Of a stretch of 64,000 nucleotides of DNA, positions 29,712-40,013 are shown piece by piece. The stretch covers positions 755-64,754 of the forward strand of contig JANXSG010000017.1 of the NCBI GenBank assembly GCA_025352825.1, read 5' to 3'. Source of the DNA: Chthonomonadaceae bacterium. Its GTDB lineage: Bacteria; Armatimonadota; Chthonomonadetes; Chthonomonadales; Chthonomonadaceae. The translations under genes were made by a program, and so were the position numbers. Under the pieces are notes generated by a model. It ran no database searches. It saw only the letters and a list, made by a program, of their open reading frames with translations, and was not told the DNA's origin. Position 1 is the first letter of the stretch. Each line of letters opens with the position of its first letter.

Positions 29712-29745
29712 CGGAGAATAAAAGTAATCCGACATTCCATAATTT

Positions 29746-29880
29746 CCAGGAGTTGCAAACTTCCGTCATGAAAAAACTTGCATCTTTAAGAATCAATTCC
29801 CTCCCACAGGGCGGTTGGCTGCAGGCCTTCCAGATGGGTACTTAAGTGACCGGTAAAATGCGGGAATTGAAATACTCCAT
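29746..29880. repeat. degenerate family-B repeat, reverse orientation
   Basis: GGAGTTGCAAACTTCCGTCA...GGGCGGTTGGCTGCAGGCCTTCCAGATGGGTACTTAAGTG. Confidence 0.75.
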
Positions 29881-29927
29881 GTGACCAGTGCGGAATTTTA
29901 ACTTCGGTATCCAAAAGTGAGTAAACT

Positions 29928-31784
29928 ATGATTTCTTGTGATATCTTGATAGTTGGCGGTGGAACGGGTGGGTGTGCTGCTGCCCTTGCTGCCTCCGAAG
30001 CGGGGAGTAATGTCTGCCTCTTAGAGGAAGATAGCTGGCTTGGAGGGCAGCTCACATCCCAGGGTGTCCCCACTCCAGATGAGCATCACCATATAGAGCT
30101 TTTTGGCGGTACTAGACGTTATTACGCATTTCGGAATGCTATCAGGCACTACTATCACGATAACTATGCTCTCACTCCAGATGCAGCAGAACTCGCACTC
30201 GACAGCCCCGTCGATTCCTTTCGACATGAAGATCAGCCTCATCTAAATCCAGGAAACTGCTGGGTGAGCCGCCTTAGTTACGAACCCAAAGTGGGAGAGA
30301 AAATCCTTCGCGGGATGCTTCAGCCCCAGGTGGATAGTGGAAAACTTTGTATCTACACAGAAATAAAAGTTACAAAGTGTCTGATGGATAGTGATTCGGC
30401 GGATACTATACGAACTGTTTCAGCGATCACGAATACTGGAGAATTATTGGAGTTTGAGCCAAAGTACGTGATAGATGCCACGGAACTAGGCGACATGTTG
30501 GCGATGTGTGGAAAGGAAGGTACAGACTGGGTAGTGGGAGCGGAGAGCCAGGCGCAGACCGGTGAACCAGACGCTCCTCTGGAACCACGAAGGGACTGGG
30601 TTCAGCCGTTCACGTTTCCATTCGCGGTCGAGTGGTCTCCTGAAACGGCGGATACCAATTTGATTGAAAAACCATCTGATTACGACTTTATCAAGGATCA
30701 GCAGCATTTCACAATTAAGCATGGGGCCATTACCGGAATGTTCAGTGGTGCTATGCCATGGTGGAAATATCGAAGAATATTAGCGCATGAGAATTTCACC
30801 GATTCTCGCATCCCCCACGATGTCGTGATGATAAACACGGCGGGAAATGATTTCTATGGGCCGAACATTCTCGGAGATACCTCAGGGTCTCCAGTAGATA
30901 TCGCTGCTTCATTGGAGCTGGCCCGCCATACTTCGATGTCTTATCTCTACTGGCTGCAGAATGAGTGCCCGCGTGAAGAGTCACTTGCCAGCCCGCCATC
31001 ACCAATCGTCGGACGCGAACACGGTTATCCCGAACTAAAGCTGCGCACGGATCTGTTCGACACTGCAGACGGCTGTTCTCGTATGCCGTATGTAAGAGAA
31101 TCTAGAAGAATTCTCTCACAGCGCACTATCCTGGAACACGAGATAGTAGTAAAAGATTTTCATGGCCGGCTTAAAAGAGGATCAGATCCTCGCGCTGTCT
31201 ACATGCCAGATACTGTAGGGGTAGGTTACTATGCACTGGATATTCACCCAAATGGCCATGGAGAACCCAATGCCTATGTATTGACCCGCCCATTCCAGAT
31301 TCCTCTCGGAGCGCTCACACCAGTTCGGTTAAAAAACCTGCTGCCGGGCTGTAAAAACATAGGCACTACTCATTTGACTAATGGCGCGTACCGGCTTCAT
31401 CCTATTGAATGGAATATAGGGGAATCGGCAGCTATTCTGGCGGTATATTGCTTGCAGCATACTGTAACTGCAGTCGATGTTCGCAATGATACCGATCTAT
31501 TGTCTCAATTCCAGCACGAACTTCTGAGGCAAGGGATATCTCTCCATTGGCTAATTGATGTACCATTGCTTCACCCTGCTTTTGAGGCGGTTCAACAGCT
31601 TGCCTGCAAATTAAAAGTGCTTTTTGGTGAAGATGATCTGCGTTTTCGCCCGGAGAAACCGATCGACTCTGATACCTGGAGCCGCTGGATCACGCAGGTA
31701 GGTGTTGAAGAGTGCGAGATGATTGAGGAGACACGTGGTGAAGCGGCCATCCGACTTTATGAAATGCTCAAGCTAAAGTCCTAA
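29928..31784 (+). CDS. FAD-dependent oxidoreductase (FAD_oxidored family)
   Basis: IVGGGTGG..AA, WLGGQLTSQG, IDATELGD, PYVRESRR, GAYRLHPIEW. Confidence 0.88.
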   Translation: MISCDILIVGGGTGGCAAALAASEAGSNVCLLEEDSWLGGQLTSQGVPTPDEHHHIELFGGTRRYYAFRNAIRHYYHDNYALTPDAAELALDSPVDSFRHEDQPHLNPGNCWVSRLSYEPKVGEKILRGMLQPQVDSGKLCIYTEIKVTKCLMDSDSADTIRTVSAITNTGELLEFEPKYVIDATELGDMLAMCGKEGTDWVVGAESQAQTGEPDAPLEPRRDWVQPFTFPFAVEWSPETADTNLIEKPSDYDFIKDQQHFTIKHGAITGMFSGAMPWWKYRRILAHENFTDSRIPHDVVMINTAGNDFYGPNILGDTSGSPVDIAASLELARHTSMSYLYWLQNECPREESLASPPSPIVGREHGYPELKLRTDLFDTADGCSRMPYVRESRRILSQRTILEHEIVVKDFHGRLKRGSDPRAVYMPDTVGVGYYALDIHPNGHGEPNAYVLTRPFQIPLGALTPVRLKNLLPGCKNIGTTHLTNGAYRLHPIEWNIGESAAILAVYCLQHTVTAVDVRNDTDLLSQFQHELLRQGISLHWLIDVPLLHPAFEAVQQLACKLKVLFGEDDLRFRPEKPIDSDTWSRWITQVGVEECEMIEETRGEAAIRLYEMLKLKS

Positions 31785-32348
31785 GCTGGCATAGCCAGAA
31801 CCAAATGAGGATTTCCTGTAATAAATCTTAAAGCTCACCAAGTTAGATTAAATGATGATTCCTGAGAGTTATTTTTTCGTTTGTTCGCACTCTATATTGC
31901 GTTCATTTTGAACGCAATATAATTTTTAAGATACTACGTCTTTTCCGTGACTTCGCTCGGAAAAGATGGCTTCGCCGTAGAAAACTCAATCTCAATTCTG
32001 ACGCAGCCAGATCAAAAAGGAACGTTTAACCTCACCCCAATCACTCTCCCAGATGCTCGTTCCTCGCGGGGAGAGGGGCAAATGCACAATCATGTCACCC
32101 CCACTCCCTTGCGAGTGGTGCGAGCAATCTGGGAGAGGGGGAACTTTAGTTATTTGGTTTTCTATTTTCCACTACGTGAAAAATGGCTTAGTACCGGTAT
32201 AAAACTTTGCTAGAAAATTGAAAATCCCATGCCAAAGTCACCTCCTCTCCTGTTTTCGGGAGAGGGGGTCGGGGGGTGAGGGTTTGAAGATGCGGGGGAT
32301 GCTAATTCTTTCATCGAAGGTTCCCTTTTGGTTCTGGATTCGTCAGCT
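31784..32348. mobile_element. 565-bp MITE-like element with the same 19-bp TIRs, carrying CCCTC/GGGAGAGGGG palindromes
   Basis: TA|AGCTGGCATAGCCAGAACC...GGTTCTGGATTCGTCAGCT|TA; 13-bp perfect hairpin at 31893-31921. Confidence 0.7.
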
Positions 32349-32440
32349 TATGTAGTGAAGTATAAATCTCCAATAACTCCACATCATCGGAATTTGAAAA
32401 TCGATTACTATTAGTTATCAATCCAATGAGAAAATGTCAT

Positions 32441-32469
32441 TTGCAATATGGAAATGCAGACGGTACAAT
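32441..32469 (+). promoter_or_regulatory. sigma70 promoter of acnA
   Basis: TTGCAA-17 nt-TACAAT. Confidence 0.6.
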
Positions 32470-32505
32470 AAGATCAGCATTTAAAATTACATCAAGGAGA
32501 TTCTG

Positions 32506-35196
32506 ATGAGTGATAGTTTTGGAGCGAAATCCACACTAAGTGCAGGAGACCGCGAACTTACATACTATAAGTTGAGCGCTGTGACGGGAAATATTGACCG
32601 CCTGCCGTACTCTCTGCGAATTCTGTTGGAGAATCTGCTGCGCACAGAAGATGGTCTGGCGGTTACTGCGGAAGATATTCACGCATTGGCCACATGGGAT
32701 TCGAAAGCAACTCCGGACAGAGAGATTGCATACACACCGGCACGCGTTCTCCTTCAGGATTTTACAGGGGTTCCCTGTGTAGTCGATCTAGCCGCAATGC
32801 GCGAAGCGATGGCAGCGCTCGGCGGTGATCCGAACAAGATCAACCCTTTGCAGCCTGTGGAACTGGTCATTGATCACTCGGTTCAGGTAGATGCGTTCGG
32901 TTCTGCTGGCGCCATCAAGCTGAATGTCGATCTTGAGTTTGAGCGCAATACAGAACGTTATCAGTTCCTCAAGTGGGGACAGGGGGCTTTCAAAAACTTT
33001 AAAGTTGTGCCGCCCAGCACGGGAATTGTACATCAGGTAAACCTGGAGTATTTGGCGCGTGTGGTATTTGTGAATGAAGATGGCGTAGCCTATCCTGATA
33101 CCCTGGTCGGTACCGACTCTCACACTACGATGATCAACGGACTGGGCGTACTAGGGTGGGGCGTGGGTGGAATTGAAGCAGAGGCGGCCATGCTAGGCCA
33201 GCCGGTCTCCATGCTGATACCGCAGGTGATCGGTTTCCGGCTGGTGAACGCGCTTCCCGAAGGCGCGACAGCAACCGATCTTGTACTCACAGTAACAGAA
33301 ATGCTGCGTAAAAAAGGTGTGGTAGGGAAATTTGTGGAGTTCTACGGCCCCGGGCTCGCCTCGCTCCCTCTTGCAGATCGGGCAACGATTGCGAATATGG
33401 CTCCGGAATACGGAGCCACTTGTGGAATTTTCCCTGTGGATGCTGAGACAATCAGATACTTGCGAACCTCCGGGCGAACAGAAGAGCAGATTGCAATTGT
33501 TGAAGCCTACACGAAGGCACAAGGGCTGTTCCATACATCCGATTCATCTGAAGCAGAGTATACCGATACCCTCGAACTCGATCTCAACATAGTAGTTCCC
33601 AGTATTGCCGGCCCGCGCCGACCCCATGACCGTATTTCGCTTACTGATGCGGTTAATGCTTTCCATGAAGCGCTTCCTGCACTGCAGACAGCTTCATCAG
33701 GCGGAGGGCTAGCTGTTAAGAGCGCTGTGAAAGTCAGTCAGGATGGACAAGAGTTCGAACTGGATCACGGCTCTGTGGTAATAGCAGCCATTACAAGTTG
33801 TACGAATACCTCCAACCCATACGTGATGGTGGCTGCGGGGCTGCTGGCTAAGAAGGCAGTCGAACTCGGGCTGCAGACCAAGCCCTGGGTAAAGACCTCG
33901 CTAGCGCCGGGGTCGCGTGTTGTTACGAGTTATCTTGATAAAGCAGGTCTCAGCCCGTACCTGGATCAGCTTCGATTCAATACGGTTGGATACGGTTGTA
34001 CTACCTGCATCGGTAACTCCGGCCCGCTGCCAGAAGCTATTGCAAAAGGTATTGATGAGGGGAAATTAGTGGTATGTTCCGTTCTCTCCGGTAATCGGAA
34101 CTTCGAGGGTCGAATTCAGCAGGAGGTGCGTGCCAACTATCTGATGTCTCCGCCATTGGTTGTTGCGTATGCGCTTGCCGGGCGTATGGATCTCGATCTA
34201 TATAACGACCCGCTAGGTGTGGATAAAAATGGAGACGACGTCTACCTCCGGCATATCTGGCCCACACAGCATGAGGTGAGCCAGGTGGTGGAGGAATCCA
34301 TCAACTCGGATATGTACCAAAAGAACTATGCGGAGGTCTTTGCTGGGGATGCCCACTGGAACTCGATCAAAGTCCCGGAAGGCGCACTCTTCGCGTGGGA
34401 TAAGAGCTCCACCTACATCAAGAACCCTCCCTACTTCGACGGTATGTCCAAGGAAAGTCCCAAGTCAGCAAAAGAGATTACAGGTGCTCGAGCGCTTGCA
34501 TGGCTGGGAGACAGTGTGACCACCGACCATATCTCTCCGGCAGGCGGTATTAAGGCTGCATCCCCCGCAGGAAAATATCTCACGGACCATGGCGTACCGC
34601 AGAGTCTATTCAACTCTTATGGTTCACGGCGCGGCCATGATGAGGTGATGGTTCGGGGAACCTTCGCGAATGTACGTATCAAGAATCAGCTTGCACCGGG
34701 TACTGAAGGCGGTGTAACTACCTATCTTCCAACTGGCGAAGTGATCTCGATTTACGATGCCGCCATGAAATATATCCAGGCAGGCATCCCAACGATCATC
34801 CTTGCTGGCAAGGAGTATGGATCTGGTTCCAGTCGAGACTGGGCAGCTAAAGGGCCTTACCTACAGGGAGTTCGAGCGGTGATCGCGGAGAGTTATGAAC
34901 GAATCCATCGCTCTAATCTGGTCGGAATGGGAATCCTGCCACTTCAGTTTAACGCCGGTCAAACTGCTGCATCGCTAGGACTCACGGGGCGAGAGACATT
35001 CGATTTCATCGGTCTTACGGATGGAATTGCGACCGGGTTCTCGAAGGGGCGTCAGCTCGAAGTGAAAGCTACCTCAGAAGATGGCACAGTAAAAGATCTA
35101 GATGTCCTGGTTCGCATCGATACCCCACAGGAAGTCCTTTACTATCTGAACGGCGGAATCCTTCAATACGTGCTCCGCCAGCTCCTGAATAAATAG
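32506..35196 (+). CDS. acnA: aconitate hydratase A
   Basis: [52 protein letters not shown]. Confidence 0.98.
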   Translation: MSDSFGAKSTLSAGDRELTYYKLSAVTGNIDRLPYSLRILLENLLRTEDGLAVTAEDIHALATWDSKATPDREIAYTPARVLLQDFTGVPCVVDLAAMREAMAALGGDPNKINPLQPVELVIDHSVQVDAFGSAGAIKLNVDLEFERNTERYQFLKWGQGAFKNFKVVPPSTGIVHQVNLEYLARVVFVNEDGVAYPDTLVGTDSHTTMINGLGVLGWGVGGIEAEAAMLGQPVSMLIPQVIGFRLVNALPEGATATDLVLTVTEMLRKKGVVGKFVEFYGPGLASLPLADRATIANMAPEYGATCGIFPVDAETIRYLRTSGRTEEQIAIVEAYTKAQGLFHTSDSSEAEYTDTLELDLNIVVPSIAGPRRPHDRISLTDAVNAFHEALPALQTASSGGGLAVKSAVKVSQDGQEFELDHGSVVIAAITSCTNTSNPYVMVAAGLLAKKAVELGLQTKPWVKTSLAPGSRVVTSYLDKAGLSPYLDQLRFNTVGYGCTTCIGNSGPLPEAIAKGIDEGKLVVCSVLSGNRNFEGRIQQEVRANYLMSPPLVVAYALAGRMDLDLYNDPLGVDKNGDDVYLRHIWPTQHEVSQVVEESINSDMYQKNYAEVFAGDAHWNSIKVPEGALFAWDKSSTYIKNPPYFDGMSKESPKSAKEITGARALAWLGDSVTTDHISPAGGIKAASPAGKYLTDHGVPQSLFNSYGSRRGHDEVMVRGTFANVRIKNQLAPGTEGGVTTYLPTGEVISIYDAAMKYIQAGIPTIILAGKEYGSGSSRDWAAKGPYLQGVRAVIAESYERIHRSNLVGMGILPLQFNAGQTAASLGLTGRETFDFIGLTDGIATGFSKGRQLEVKATSEDGTVKDLDVLVRIDTPQEVLYYLNGGILQYVLRQLLNK

Positions 35197-35198
35197 CA

Positions 35199-35545
35199 TA
35201 CAGCCCTCACCCCCCCGCCCCCTCTCCCAAAAACAGGAGAGTGGAGCAAATCCATAAGATTCTCAGTATCCCGTTAGTCTGTACCCTCACTCCCGGCCTC
35301 TCTCCCTGATTCCCTCGTACCTCGGAGGGAGAGAGGAGCAGTACTATTACTATTTGCACTTCGCAATTGATGCTTTTAATTCAACGGAATAGCCTATATA
35401 CTCTCTCCCTTCTCCCTAACGAGGAACGAGTGATGAAGGGAGAAGGGCCGGGGATGAGGGTGAACCTGATGGAAAACTGATAATCCCATGCCAAAGTCAC
35501 TCCCTCTCCTGTTTTTGGGAGAGGGGGCGAGGGGTGAGGGCTATA
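35199..35545. repeat. four-unit cluster of family-A palindromes (two forward, two reverse)
   Basis: Units near 35203, 35284, 35402 and 35485; outer AGCCCTCACCCC/GGGGTGAGGGCT inverted. Confidence 0.88.
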
Positions 35546-35636
35546 CTGGACGTTAGGTTTTAAGAGAGTGTCAATTTGAGTTCCCACTTATTTTTTCTGT
35601 CTTCAAGTCTAGCATCGGATAACATGATTCTATTAA

Positions 35637-35665
35637 TTGACACAAATGTTCTCACGTTGTATAAT
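35637..35665 (+). promoter_or_regulatory. consensus sigma70 promoter
   Basis: Perfect TTGACA-17 nt-TATAAT. Confidence 0.8.
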
Positions 35666-35746
35666 AACCATATTAGCTTTGGAAGATATCTCGTCCAAAC
35701 GCACTTCGCCAGCCGTCACTCACTTTTATGAATACGAGGAATTTAA

Positions 35747-36337
35747 ATGAGCGATCAAAACAGCAAACCGCCAATACTACTCGGGGATACTCCTCCTGAG
35801 AATACCTCCTTTCAGCCAGTCGTGCCTCCGATGCCAAGTTATCAGTATGGCAATCCACCATCGAATCCTACTGGATATGCACAGAATCCACAATCTTCAA
35901 TCGGTATGGTATACAATCCGGTAGTACCTCAAGGGCCGAGAATGGCAGCCCCTCCTTCGGGATTACGGTTTCTGCGAGGGGCGGGATGGGGCGCGTTATT
36001 TGGCCAATGGTGGACCTTGTGGACAATTGCATCTCATCTCTTATGGCACGGAACTGATGGTTCGTTCAGCGTGGGAGGGTTGGCTCTGCTGATAGTCATA
36101 TATGCAGTGGTATATGCATTCTTCGGCGCTATCGCTGGTCTGATAATTGCCGCGATATCCGCTCCTCCAGGTAAAGGCGCATTAGTTGGAATAGTGGTTG
36201 GTCTGTGTGTAATGGGGATCGAGGCGATGATTATGGGGGGATTGGGCAGCCTGATAAATATTTTCTTCTATTATGTCACGGGTAGGTATATTGGGGTAAA
36301 TATCGCAGTGCGTGTGAGCAGGCCCGTTCAGATATGA
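35747..36337 (+). CDS. hypothetical membrane protein with Pro/Gln-rich N-terminus
   Basis: SD GAGGA; about 4 Gly-rich TM helices. Confidence 0.75.
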   Translation: MSDQNSKPPILLGDTPPENTSFQPVVPPMPSYQYGNPPSNPTGYAQNPQSSIGMVYNPVVPQGPRMAAPPSGLRFLRGAGWGALFGQWWTLWTIASHLLWHGTDGSFSVGGLALLIVIYAVVYAFFGAIAGLIIAAISAPPGKGALVGIVVGLCVMGIEAMIMGGLGSLINIFFYYVTGRYIGVNIAVRVSRPVQI

Positions 36338-38610
36338 GATGTTTATCATGTGGTAAGGAGAATTTACCTGGCGGAGTGCGGTGTATCTATTGCGGTGTGC
36401 ACTATCCCAAACTATCCGAATTCGATCTGGACATCCCTACCTGGAAAAAGTCTGACCCAGAGCAGACATCTGCTCAGTCTACATCAGGTAAAAAGCGTGG
36501 TCTTTGGGCGACACTGGCTCTGATCGCTTTAAAGGGCAAGTCTCTTCTGGCAATGCTGAAATTCAGTAAGGTTTTTCTTACTTTTGGAACCATGCTGGTT
36601 TCTATGGCTGCCTACGGGCGTATTTTTGGCTGGCGGTTTGGCGTAGGCTTTGTAATAATTATTTTCATCCATGAAATGGGCCATGTGACTGTTAACAAAA
36701 TGAAGGGGTTGGAACAGTCAGCGCCTGTTTTTATTCCGTTCATGGGGGCGGTGATCTTCCTTAAGAATTTCCCCGATGATCCTACCATTCAATCTGAGAG
36801 CGGCGCTGGCGGCCCTGTGGCAGGCATGCTGGCAGCGTTAGTCTGTTTGGCGATTGGGCTGATTACCGGCAATCCGTTCTGGATGGCACTTGCGAATATC
36901 GGGTTCGTCATGAACTTGTTCAATCTGATCCCATTTCCTCCACTTGACGGGTCACATATTTCTACCGTCTTTTCACCCAAGCTCTGGAGCGGTATTCTCG
37001 TAACGCTGCTGCTGTGGGTGATAAAGTTCCCATCTCCAATGCTCTGGATGGTGCTGCTAGTATCGTTTCTCTTTAGAATGGGGCGGCATGATGTTGGCCG
37101 CCATCAGTTGGCCACACCGCAAGTTCAGTTTAGGATGGGAGTAGTGTTTATCCTGCTATGCATTATCTTGTCATCGGGAGCCGTGGCAACAAGCAAATTT
37201 TCAATTGGTACTGCGAAATCACCATCAGAATCTTCATCCACATCTACTCAGAATGCTACTTCGAATGGAGTATCACCAACTTCTACTGACGTCGATCAAA
37301 GTGATCCACCCGCGAAAAGTGAGCAAATGCAGCTTGATAGTGCAATTGTAATACTAATCCGAGCAGCATTTATTGTCATTCCAGTGGTAGTGTGGATTGC
37401 GGTTTCACTGTTGTTAGGTATCGGCGTCGGGACGGGGATAAATTCCAAACATTTTGCACTCGCTCTATCCATGTCGTTGTTCCAATTGGTACTTTACTTG
37501 GTTGTGCACTACGGACCGATCCCAAATGCAGTCCGCTGGCAGTTAGTTGGCGCATCTTTTGCTGCAAGCGCTGCCGCGTTTGTATTTTCGGCATATCAGG
37601 CGTTTCATTTAAACCAAGTGCTTCAGCGCCCGACAATATATTGTCTAACGCGCGGTACGCTCTCCTGGGCAGCATTTGGAGCTTTTCTCATTGCATATGC
37701 GTTCGATAGTTTAGCTGTGGCAGCTGTGCTGCTTGTTGTTATTGGCGGATATCTTCTCACACACAAGTGGCTGTACTTCTCTATAATGGGCGATTTCATG
37801 ATCCAATTAGGAAAGCGTGAACAGGCAATTGCATACTATCAAAAAGCAGCTGCCGACGGTCCGACTCGGGAAGATGCGATCATGTTGTGGAATAAAATCG
37901 TTAGTACGCATATTGTTTTGGATCACGGATCGGACACTCTGAAAGCTCTCGAAAACAGAGATGCACTGCTCATCGGCTCGAAGGATTGGGACACGGATAC
38001 ACAAATTGGCACTATTCCAGATCTCATGGTTCGCGCGACGGCGCTGATGCTTATCGACCGTCATCAGGAGTGTCTGGCGATCTGTGAAAGTGTGCTGCAA
38101 GCTCCCATAGAACTGCTTCCGAATGGAAACAGCCGACTGCTGCAGACACACATAAGACTCGCGAAGATTGCAAGATTCCAGGGCTGGATGGATGAGACAG
38201 TTGCGCAGGCGGATCTGTGCCTGGGGGCGATATCGAAGCGCTCAAAGGCTGGGATCGCGGCGCTCCACTGCTTGAAGGCTGCTGCTTTCATCGATCTAAA
38301 CCAGTTAGATGCCGCATTGGTATCTTGCGAGATGGCTGCCACTCAAAATAAAGAAGCCTACTATGCATCCTGGGTAAGCGTGCTTAAAGCGCAGATCGAC
38401 CTGAAGAAAAATATGCCGGGTGAAGCGTCCAGAAAGATTTCACGTGCGATGCATCTTATGCCGGACAATCTGGAGTTTCGATACTGGTATGGCAGAACGC
38501 TACTCTCACATGACAAGAACGAGGAGGGGTTTACTGTTCTGAACGAAATGCGTAATCAATTTCCGCAGGAGCACTGGGGCAAGCTGGCTGAAAAGGCTCT
38601 AGCTGGATAG
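36334..38610 (+). CDS. site-2 (M50) protease with N-terminal zinc ribbon, extra TM domain and TPR tail
   Basis: CLSC..CIYC; HEMGH; GGPVAG; NLIPFPPLDG; C-terminal TPR-like helices. Confidence 0.85.
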   Translation: MRCLSCGKENLPGGVRCIYCGVHYPKLSEFDLDIPTWKKSDPEQTSAQSTSGKKRGLWATLALIALKGKSLLAMLKFSKVFLTFGTMLVSMAAYGRIFGWRFGVGFVIIIFIHEMGHVTVNKMKGLEQSAPVFIPFMGAVIFLKNFPDDPTIQSESGAGGPVAGMLAALVCLAIGLITGNPFWMALANIGFVMNLFNLIPFPPLDGSHISTVFSPKLWSGILVTLLLWVIKFPSPMLWMVLLVSFLFRMGRHDVGRHQLATPQVQFRMGVVFILLCIILSSGAVATSKFSIGTAKSPSESSSTSTQNATSNGVSPTSTDVDQSDPPAKSEQMQLDSAIVILIRAAFIVIPVVVWIAVSLLLGIGVGTGINSKHFALALSMSLFQLVLYLVVHYGPIPNAVRWQLVGASFAASAAAFVFSAYQAFHLNQVLQRPTIYCLTRGTLSWAAFGAFLIAYAFDSLAVAAVLLVVIGGYLLTHKWLYFSIMGDFMIQLGKREQAIAYYQKAAADGPTREDAIMLWNKIVSTHIVLDHGSDTLKALENRDALLIGSKDWDTDTQIGTIPDLMVRATALMLIDRHQECLAICESVLQAPIELLPNGNSRLLQTHIRLAKIARFQGWMDETVAQADLCLGAISKRSKAGIAALHCLKAAAFIDLNQLDAALVSCEMAATQNKEAYYASWVSVLKAQIDLKKNMPGEASRKISRAMHLMPDNLEFRYWYGRTLLSHDKNEEGFTVLNEMRNQFPQEHWGKLAEKALAG

Positions 38611-39903
38611 CTGTTTGAGAGTTTCCCAATAGGTGGGAAAAGTTTTTGCGACACATCCGGGGTCATTGATTGTGATGCCAGGAACTTTCAGCCCGACCAG
38701 TGCGAAACTCATCGCTACTCGGTGGTCGTGATAGGTCTGAATTGTCGCGGATCGAATATTACTACATGGCTCGATACTAAATCCATCCTGCCGCTCCTCA
38801 ACAGATACACCCAGACGTTTCAGCTCCGTGCAAACCGCCGAGATTCGATCACACTCCTGCAGCCGAGTATGGGCGATGTTTCTTACATTCGTCGGAGAAT
38901 TTGCGAAAGGTGCAATCGCGGCTAGAGTGAGGCTAGTATCCGAGATTGCACTCATGTCTTTATCGACGCCTCGCAGTTTTCCTAGAGGTGGACCTGTTAC
39001 GGTAATACCTTCGATACCGTCTTCCACTTGACAGCCCATTTCAGCCAAAATCTCAGTCGCGAATAGAATATCGCCTTGAAGCGCACTTCGTGATAGACCT
39101 GCCACAGTAACTGAACCACCTGTAATAGCCGCCGCAGCAAAGAAATAGGAAGCACTGGAGGCGTCCGGCTCGATTCGGTAACAGTTTTGTGCTTGATATT
39201 TCTGCATTGGTTCAACTCGGAATAATTGACTATTTTCGTTCTCAGATTGGACTCCCCATTGCCTCATCATAGAACGTGTGATCTCTACATAGAGCGGCCT
39301 CAAAGTCCCGTCAATTTCAATCTCAATACCGTTTTCAATATAGGGCGCGATCATAAGAAGAGCCGTGAGAAATTGACTGCTGGCGTCTGCCCTCAGCTGA
39401 ACTTTACCACCAGCTAGAGATCCAACTCCATTGACTCTAATTGGCGGGCATCCATTTTTCATTTCGGATTGTGCATTTCCGCCGAGCTTGTTGAGCGCCG
39501 TGAGCAGGTCGTTCTGGGGTCTCTGGCGCATGCGCTCTACGCCATCCAGACGGAAACTGCCATCTCCTAGACATACTAATGCTGTGAGGAATCTGATCGA
39601 GGTTCCCGAGTTTGCAAGAAATAGATTGCCTCCGTTAGCAGGAATTCTACCTCCCAACCCTATTACTGTAATAGTAAAATCTTCTCGAACCACTTCGATT
39701 CCCAGGCGCTGAAGAGAGTCGATCATCACTTCTGTATCTTCTGCATCCAATGCGCCGGAAAGCTGTGAAGTACCGTCCGCCAATGCCGCCAGAATGAGGG
39801 ATCTGTTTGTGATACTTTTGGAGCCAGGTACTGTGATAGTAGTATCAGGAGAGTGGGAGAGGGGTTCTATTTTTAGGGATTCGGGAAATGTGTACTGGCG
39901 CAT
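38599..39903 (-). CDS. aroA: 3-phosphoshikimate 1-carboxyvinyltransferase
   Basis: PGSKSITNR, NSGTSIRF, SSQF, EPDASSA, RLQECDR, DHRVAM, KTFP; ATG 39903. Confidence 0.96.
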   Translation of the reverse strand: MRQYTFPESLKIEPLSHSPDTTITVPGSKSITNRSLILAALADGTSQLSGALDAEDTEVMIDSLQRLGIEVVREDFTITVIGLGGRIPANGGNLFLANSGTSIRFLTALVCLGDGSFRLDGVERMRQRPQNDLLTALNKLGGNAQSEMKNGCPPIRVNGVGSLAGGKVQLRADASSQFLTALLMIAPYIENGIEIEIDGTLRPLYVEITRSMMRQWGVQSENENSQLFRVEPMQKYQAQNCYRIEPDASSASYFFAAAAITGGSVTVAGLSRSALQGDILFATEILAEMGCQVEDGIEGITVTGPPLGKLRGVDKDMSAISDTSLTLAAIAPFANSPTNVRNIAHTRLQECDRISAVCTELKRLGVSVEERQDGFSIEPCSNIRSATIQTYHDHRVAMSFALVGLKVPGITINDPGCVAKTFPTYWETLKQLSS

Positions 39904-39960
39904 GTCACTCACGCTCCATAGGCAGTTTGATAGAGTATACCTTGATGTTAATATCACCCT

Positions 39961-39994
39961 TTCCTGAAATTGGAGAAATCTCCAATTTCAGGAA
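39961..39994. other. perfect 16-bp inverted repeat between nadA and aroA
   Basis: TTCCTGAAATTGGAGA-AA-TCTCCAATTTCAGGAA; no U-tract on the coding strand. Confidence 0.7.
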
Positions 39995-40013
39995 GGAATG
40001 ATTGTAGGGCATT

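Noticed and set aside
31947..35587. ORFs 31947..32213 and 35381..35587
   Set aside because: Translations of family-A repeats with no independent coding evidence
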